From the NCBI GenBank assembly GCA_038063915.1, contig JBBTUE010000005.1, forward strand, positions 10,547 through 74,546: DNA of 64,000 nucleotides, written 5' to 3'. Shown piece after piece: positions 58,853 through 64,000 of the stretch (position 1 is its first letter; each line of letters starts with the position of its first letter). The position numbers were made by a program, and so were the translations under genes. Source of the DNA: Patescibacteria group bacterium. Lineage in GTDB: Bacteria; Patescibacteriota; Minisyncoccia; Phycocordibacterales; UBA9973. A model generated the notes under the pieces. It ran no database searches and had not been told where the DNA came from. It was given only the letters and a program-made list of their open reading frames with translations.

Positions 58853-59461
58853 ATGAAGACAGTCCAAAAATATAAAATATGTAGACGTTTAGGATCAGGT
58901 GTGTTTGAAAAATGCCAAACACCTAAATTTGTCATGTCCGAAGCTCGCCATGCAAAGAGTGGTAAAGGCAAGCGCCCAAAGGTTCTATCTGGCTATGCCC
59001 TTCAATTCGTGGAGAAGCAGAAGGTTCGCTTTATGTATGGTATAAGTGAGGGTCAATTTTCTAATTATGTAAATGAAGCAGTTGGCCACAAAGGGACACT
59101 CGCTACTGAGCAACTATTTGAATTGCTTGAATATCGTTTGGATAATGTCGTGTATCGTCTTGGACTTGCTCATACTCGCAGACTTTCCCGCCAAATGGTT
59201 TCTCATGGACACATATTACTGGGTGGCAAGAAAAATACAGTTGCCTCTAGTAGAGTAAAAATTGGAGATGTTATCGCTGTACGAGAGGGCAGTAAAGCAA
59301 GTCCCTTATTTGCAGATATGGCTAAGAAAATGAAAGAATACACCCTCCCAAACTGGCTCACATTTGATGTTGAAAAGCTTAGTGCGACAGTCGCAGGTAA
59401 GCCAAAGAATGTAGAAGGATTTCTTGACTTGAACACGGTGCTAGAGTTTTATAGTCGTTAG
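58853..59461 (+). CDS. rpsD: 30S ribosomal protein S4
   Basis: KICRRLG, EKQK, LE.RLDNVVYRLG, RQMVSHGH, EFYSR. Confidence 0.96.
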   Translation: MKTVQKYKICRRLGSGVFEKCQTPKFVMSEARHAKSGKGKRPKVLSGYALQFVEKQKVRFMYGISEGQFSNYVNEAVGHKGTLATEQLFELLEYRLDNVVYRLGLAHTRRLSRQMVSHGHILLGGKKNTVASSRVKIGDVIAVREGSKASPLFADMAKKMKEYTLPNWLTFDVEKLSATVAGKPKNVEGFLDLNTVLEFYSR

Positions 59462-59533
59462 TTTATTAGTAAATGCGAGGTTCTCTTTTAATAATAAAAT
59501 AATAATGAAAGCCTAAAAACTTTCCAATATCAT

Positions 59534-60514
59534 ATGTCTGATTTAAATATCATATTACCATCAAAGTTATCTATAATATCTGAAGTAGGCACAAAAGGTG
59601 TCTATGAGATAGATGGTCTTTATCCTGGGTATGGTCATACTCTAGGTAATTCTCTTCGTCGTATCATCCTCTCATCACTCGCTGGTTGTGCTATCACGTC
59701 ACTGAAGATTGACGGTGCTGCACACGAATTCTCAGTACTTGATGGTGTTAAAGAGGATGTCATTACAATACTTCTTCATCTAAAGCAGGTTCGCTTCCGT
59801 CTTTTTACCGATGAACCTCAAACAGTAAGAATTTCTATAAAAGGGCCGAAGACCGTCACAGCTTCCGACATCGAGGCCACCGGTCAAGTTGAAGTTCTCA
59901 ATAAAGAGCTACACATCGCAGAAGTTACTGGGAAAGTAAACTTTGCAATTGAGATGGTAATTGAAAAAGGCCTTGGATTCGTATCAAAAGATGTACATCA
60001 GAAAAATAAAACTGAAGTTGGAATGATCGCGGTCGACGCGATATTCACTCCTATCCGTCGTGTATCATACGAAGTTGAAAACATGCGTGTGGGCGACAAG
60101 ACAAACCACAATCGTCTGCGTATGACTATAGAGACTGATGGAACACTTACTCCACGAGAGGCACTTGAACAAGCTATCGTTATTATGGTAGAACAATTAC
60201 AAGCTATCGTAGGCTTTACCATATCTTCTAAATCAAACCCTAGCGAGGTATCAAGCATAGAGGCAAAAACTAGTTCTACAGAGGAAAAAGGAGCGGGAGA
60301 CGGTAACGAATTTACCGATACCCTTAAAACGCGAATAGATACTCTCGATTTATCTACTCGCACCCTAAATGCCCTAACTGGTGCAAACATTCGTACTATC
60401 GGAGGTATAGCTCGCAAGAAAAAGGAGGATTTACTCGAGATAGAAGGTATTGGCGATAAAGGTATACAGGAAATAAAGAAGATATTAGGTAACTATGGTA
60501 TAACCTTAAAGTAA
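59534..60514 (+). CDS. rpoA: RNA polymerase alpha subunit
   Basis: GYGHTLGNSLRRI.LSS, HEFS, DAIFTPI, LSTRTLNAL. Confidence 0.97.
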   Translation: MSDLNIILPSKLSIISEVGTKGVYEIDGLYPGYGHTLGNSLRRIILSSLAGCAITSLKIDGAAHEFSVLDGVKEDVITILLHLKQVRFRLFTDEPQTVRISIKGPKTVTASDIEATGQVEVLNKELHIAEVTGKVNFAIEMVIEKGLGFVSKDVHQKNKTEVGMIAVDAIFTPIRRVSYEVENMRVGDKTNHNRLRMTIETDGTLTPREALEQAIVIMVEQLQAIVGFTISSKSNPSEVSSIEAKTSSTEEKGAGDGNEFTDTLKTRIDTLDLSTRTLNALTGANIRTIGGIARKKKEDLLEIEGIGDKGIQEIKKILGNYGITLK

Positions 60515-60539
60515 ATTAGTAATAAGTCATTATAATTAT

Positions 60540-60893
60540 ATGCGACACCACAGTAACGTAAGAAAATTTGGAAGAAGTAAAAGCCAGCGTGAGTCCCTAC
60601 TAAAAGGATTGATGCTTGCTCTTATTGCACATGGTCGCATTGAGACAACGGAAGCAAAAGCAAAGGAACTTCGCCCAACAATCGAGAAAATGATTACAAA
60701 GGCCAATGTAGGTACACTTGCATCGCGCCGTCTTGTCATTTCACGTTTGTATAATTTAAATTCTGAAGCAAGTAAACTCATTGATACTATCGCACCTAAA
60801 TACAAAGATCGCGCGGGAGGATATACACGCATTACCAAATTGCCAAGACGCGCAGGTGACGCAAGTAAAATGGCAGTAATAGAATTTGTATAA
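60540..60893 (+). CDS. rplQ: 50S ribosomal protein L17
   Basis: MRH, IETT.AKAKELR, GGYTRI.K, GDA..MA.IEFV. Confidence 0.97.
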   Translation: MRHHSNVRKFGRSKSQRESLLKGLMLALIAHGRIETTEAKAKELRPTIEKMITKANVGTLASRRLVISRLYNLNSEASKLIDTIAPKYKDRAGGYTRITKLPRRAGDASKMAVIEFV

Positions 60894-60899
60894 TATTTT

Positions 60900-61250
60900 A
60901 TGATAAAAACACACACAATTGATGCGAATGGTAAGACTCTAGGCCGTGTGGCATCAGCCACTGCCAAGGCTCTTATGGGCAAGACTGCGCCGGACTATAC
61001 TGCAAATAAAGTTGCAGATGTTCGCGTAGAGATAGTAAATGCTGGCAAGACAAAAATGTCTGAAAGACGTATGAATGAAACCCTGCACGAGACTTATTCA
61101 GGACAACCGGGTGGATTTAAAACTGCAACCAACGCGAAAATAGTAAAAGAAAAAGGATGGAAGGGTTTATATGAGCTTGCTGTATATGGCATGCTTCCTT
61201 CCAATAAACTTCGCCCGCTTATGATGAAGCATTTAACAATAAAGGAATAA
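60900..61250 (+). CDS. rplM: 50S ribosomal protein L13
   Basis: IDA.GKTLGRVAS, YSG.PGG, AVYGMLP.NKL. Confidence 0.93.
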   Translation: MIKTHTIDANGKTLGRVASATAKALMGKTAPDYTANKVADVRVEIVNAGKTKMSERRMNETLHETYSGQPGGFKTATNAKIVKEKGWKGLYELAVYGMLPSNKLRPLMMKHLTIKE

Positions 61251-61254
61251 TAAT

Positions 61255-61668
61255 ATGACTGAAAAAAAGACAGTGAAAAGTGAATATTTCAGAGCTATCG
61301 GTCGCCGTAAGACTGCGACAGCAGTGGTGAAGCTCACCAAAGCTTCAAAGACCTCTTATACTATAAATGGCAAGGACGTGAGTGTTTATTTTCCAACTGC
61401 AGAACTAAAGAAAATAGTTACTGGTGCGTTTGAGACTACTACACCAGCAGAAAAGTTTAGTGTAGTTGTCACTACTCGTGGTGGTGGTTCTCATGCTCAA
61501 GCCGAAGCGGTGCGACATGGTATCTCACGTGCTCTAGTCTTATTTGATAAAGAACTTCGTGTGCCACTTAAAAAAGCTAAAATGCTCAAGCGTGATCCTC
61601 GTCAAGTTGAACGTAAGAAGTTCGGCCTCAAAAAAGCCCGCAAGTCACCGCAATGGTCAAAACGTTAA
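61255..61668 (+). CDS. rpsI: 30S ribosomal protein S9
   Basis: GRRKTA.A, GGG..AQAEAVRHGISRAL, KKARKSPQWSKR. Confidence 0.97.
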   Translation: MTEKKTVKSEYFRAIGRRKTATAVVKLTKASKTSYTINGKDVSVYFPTAELKKIVTGAFETTTPAEKFSVVVTTRGGGSHAQAEAVRHGISRALVLFDKELRVPLKKAKMLKRDPRQVERKKFGLKKARKSPQWSKR

Positions 61669-61670
61669 TG

Positions 61671-61709
61671 ACAAAAAAAACTTCCTTTGAAAAAAGGAAG
61701 TTTTTTTGT
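61671..61709 (+). terminator. Terminator of the ribosomal operon
   Basis: AAAAAAACTTCCTTT-GAAA-AAAGGAAGTTTTTTT. Confidence 0.8.
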
Positions 61710-61720
61710 ATACTAGCCCT

Positions 61721-62044
61721 ATGCCGATGGTAAATATAAAATACGATGCCAAACGAGTTCCAGATTCTGATGCTATAGGATTGGCTACCGCTATACAAAA
61801 AATTGTAGCTGAAACAACAGGAATTCCTGAAGTATTTGTTTATGCTGATAGTCCGAAAGTTCAAGCAGGCACTGATCCAGTTGAAATATTTGTCGAAATG
61901 AGTGCAAGTGCAATAACTGATATCGATGGCTTAGTAAATGTAACTAAAGAAAAGATAAAAGAGTGGAAGAAAGAATTTGGCTTTAAACATCCAATAACCC
62001 TGACTATCACACCGATGAATTGGAAATTTGAAGTGGGGATATAA
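61721..62044 (+). CDS. Hypothetical protein, possibly tautomerase/MIF-like fold
   Basis: Starts MP (N-terminal Pro), beta-alpha-beta pattern; TATACT 6 nt before ATG 61721. Confidence 0.55.
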   Translation: MPMVNIKYDAKRVPDSDAIGLATAIQKIVAETTGIPEVFVYADSPKVQAGTDPVEIFVEMSASAITDIDGLVNVTKEKIKEWKKEFGFKHPITLTITPMNWKFEVGI

Positions 62045-62047
62045 ATT

Positions 62048-62620
62048 ATGAATGAAGATGAAGTAAAAAATGAAGAGAATTTTGAGGATGTCACTTTTGT
62101 AGATAGTACCGAAGATGGCGATGTGCTACCTACCAAGGATGTGGTGGGGAAACTTCGCGATGACCTTAAAAAGGTTCGTGCTGAGAAAGAAGAGTATCTT
62201 ACAGGCTGGCAGAGGGCTAAAGCTGACTATATAAACCTACAAAAAGAGCTCGAGCAAGTTCGAGCTAATAGTTCGCTACTTGCTAAGGAAAGAATTGTAG
62301 AAAGTTTGCTTCCTTCCATTGATAGCTTCGATATGGCGATGGCAAATAAGGAAGTGTGGGAGTCTGTAGATAAAAATTGGCGCACTGGTGTGGAATATAT
62401 CTACCAGCAAATCATCACTGGCCTATCTGATGTCGGAGTGGAAATAATAGATAAAGTAGGTGTTCCATTTGATCCAAATCTTCACCAATCAATAGAAAGT
62501 ATTGCAACTGATGACGAATCAAAAGATCACACAATAGAAAAAATAATTCAAGCTGGGTATAAAATAGGGGAGCGTGTCATCCGCCCCGCGAGAGTGAATA
62601 TATTTGAGTATAAAAAATAA
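62048..62620 (+). CDS. grpE: Nucleotide exchange factor GrpE
   Basis: WQRAKADYIN, FDPNLHQ, GYKIGERVIRPARV. Confidence 0.95.
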   Translation: MNEDEVKNEENFEDVTFVDSTEDGDVLPTKDVVGKLRDDLKKVRAEKEEYLTGWQRAKADYINLQKELEQVRANSSLLAKERIVESLLPSIDSFDMAMANKEVWESVDKNWRTGVEYIYQQIITGLSDVGVEIIDKVGVPFDPNLHQSIESIATDDESKDHTIEKIIQAGYKIGERVIRPARVNIFEYKK

Positions 62621-62709
62621 GGCCAACCCCAAAAGAGGTCGGCCGTTATAAATGAAAGCAAAATTCAAATGCCTCCACTTCACGTATAGGTGCATTATAT
62701 ACTTTATAT

Positions 62710-63282
62710 TTATTTTGTCAAGTTAATTTGTTCTAAAAAATAGTTTTCAGTATCCTTATCTATTTTGTCGGTAACTACTATCATCATCTCAGTTGTAAGA
62801 CCGAGATCTTTTTTAATATTCGTAAACAAATGCTCAAATGGGTACATAGACACCCAGACGGAATTTTTTGCACAGACAAATCCAGCTTTCTTAAGAAGGT
62901 AGCGGAGGGCTTCACGTTCACTTTTACGATCTTCGGGGATGTCGAGGAGTATCATGCGCCAGTAGCCATCCCAGTGGGTAGACACAAGGCCACCCTCGGC
63001 TTCAAGAGTTATATTATTAAGCTTTTGCTTTCCTAGTGGGGTAAGGCGGAAATATTTACTATGTTCGGAGGTCAGTGTCTCAACCCAGCCGTCAGAAAGC
63101 ATGTTTTTAATTGACCTATTAATAGCATAACCTGCCTGCCGGAGAGGCAGGTCAGCGTTTTTGCCCTCGTATTCGCGCAAAATGACCCTCTCAGCAGTCT
63201 TTTTCACCGTATCTACACCAACAGGCTTATTCTCAGAAAAAGCCTTTAAAATAGCCTTTTTAATTAGTGACTTCTTTGCCAT
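62710..63282 (-). CDS. PaaX-like regulator (winged helix plus Cas2-like ferredoxin domain)
   Basis: RLTPLG, WDGYWRMILLDIPE..K..REALR..LK..GF....SVW. Confidence 0.8.
   Translation of the reverse strand: MAKKSLIKKAILKAFSENKPVGVDTVKKTAERVILREYEGKNADLPLRQAGYAINRSIKNMLSDGWVETLTSEHSKYFRLTPLGKQKLNNITLEAEGGLVSTHWDGYWRMILLDIPEDRKSEREALRYLLKKAGFVCAKNSVWVSMYPFEHLFTNIKKDLGLTTEMMIVVTDKIDKDTENYFLEQINLTK
63131..63151. repeat. CCTGCCT-n-AGGCAGG palindrome, copy 4 (21 bp, in the PaaX-like gene)
   Basis: CCTGCCTGCCGGAGAGGCAGG; reads LPLRQAG on the minus strand. Confidence 0.9.
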
Positions 63283-63374
63283 GTTGACATTATATCACCG
63301 ATAAATATAATATCAACATAGTTTTCGTGGTCACGAAATACTTGTCAAAATAATATAGTAAGTATATAATAGAA

Positions 63375-63911
63375 ATGCTTATGAAAAGATTTTATATAAC
63401 AGGCGTATCTGGTACAGGAAAGTCTAGTGTCGGAGAGAAATTGCAAGAAAAGGGAATTACTGTAATAGATTTAGATGTAAGAGAAAACCGCCTTACACAC
63501 TGGAGAAATAATGATACATCAGAAATCTCTCATTGGCATTCAGGCATAGGTAATAAATTTTTTGATGAACATTCATATATAGTTGATATTGAAAAGCTAG
63601 TCGCTTTGATGGACAGCTACAAAGATAAGGATGCTGTGACTGTAATAGGTCTTGCAGATAATCCAAATTTTGTGAATTTAATCAAATTTGATAAAGTTTT
63701 TCTTTTTCAATGTAATAAAGAGATTTTTATTAAAAGAATCACTGAAAGAACAAATCATAACTTTGGTAATGATGCCTCTGAGAGAGAATGGATATTGAGT
63801 TGGTATGAAGATTACGAAAAAGAGATGTTAGATAAGGGAGCGATACCGATAAACACAGAGGGACCACTCGATGAGGTAGTAGAAAATATTGTAAGTAAAA
63901 TTAATAGTTAA
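63375..63911 (+). CDS. P-loop nucleotide/shikimate kinase-like protein
   Basis: ITGVSGTGKSS, IDLD, RITER. Confidence 0.8.
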   Translation: MLMKRFYITGVSGTGKSSVGEKLQEKGITVIDLDVRENRLTHWRNNDTSEISHWHSGIGNKFFDEHSYIVDIEKLVALMDSYKDKDAVTVIGLADNPNFVNLIKFDKVFLFQCNKEIFIKRITERTNHNFGNDASEREWILSWYEDYEKEMLDKGAIPINTEGPLDEVVENIVSKINS

Positions 63912-63925
63912 TTATATAAAAATAT

Positions 63926-64000
63926 ATGTCAAAAATAATAGGAATAGATTTGGGTACAACAAATAGTGCGATTGCCATCATCGAAGGTGGACAGCCGAAG
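63926..64000 (+). CDS. dnaK: Chaperone DnaK (partial, runs off window end)
   Basis: MSKIIGIDLGTTNSAIAIIEGGQPK. Confidence 0.93.
   Translation, partial: MSKIIGIDLGTTNSAIAIIEGGQPK

Noticed and set aside
62710-63282. Cas2-like domain suggesting a CRISPR-Cas locus
   Set aside because: No repeat-spacer array or other cas genes in the window; the wHTH plus WDG.W architecture fits PaaX-like proteins.

Overview
Gene-dense, AT-rich bacterial chromosome segment that looks like a CPR/Patescibacteria (Parcubacteria-type) genome. This is an inference from the VirB2-like pilin array, the truncated AlaRS, a PriA lacking helicase motifs, an FtsA-like/baseplate-J-like gene pair, a PaaX/Cas2-like protein and many leaderless genes. 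The window runs from the 5' end of dnaE to the 5' end of dnaK. It holds housekeeping genes (rnhB, pepN, gdhA, fmt/def/hisS/lepB, pth, rpsA, gyrA, ftsAZ, mreB, frr, typA, mnmA, alaS, infA-rpsI, grpE), a CsoR-controlled copper operon, four tRNAs and several self-contained ORFan cassettes. The most striking signal is a set of small structured DNA elements that the gene annotation does not explain. (1) A CCTGCCT-n-AGGCAGG palindrome occurs four times, three of them inside coding sequence, in frame and in the same phase. (2) Larger stem-loop elements of 75-120 bp sit in frame inside mnmA (twice) and rnhB, and also intergenically. An intergenic copy after ftsZ shares one sequence module with each mnmA insert, with compensatory stem changes. 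(3) A structured element downstream of tRNA-Asn duplicates the tRNA 3' end and carries an antisense copy of its T-arm. No transposase, integrase, CRISPR array or rRNA was seen. All calls come from reading the sequence; no searches were run.
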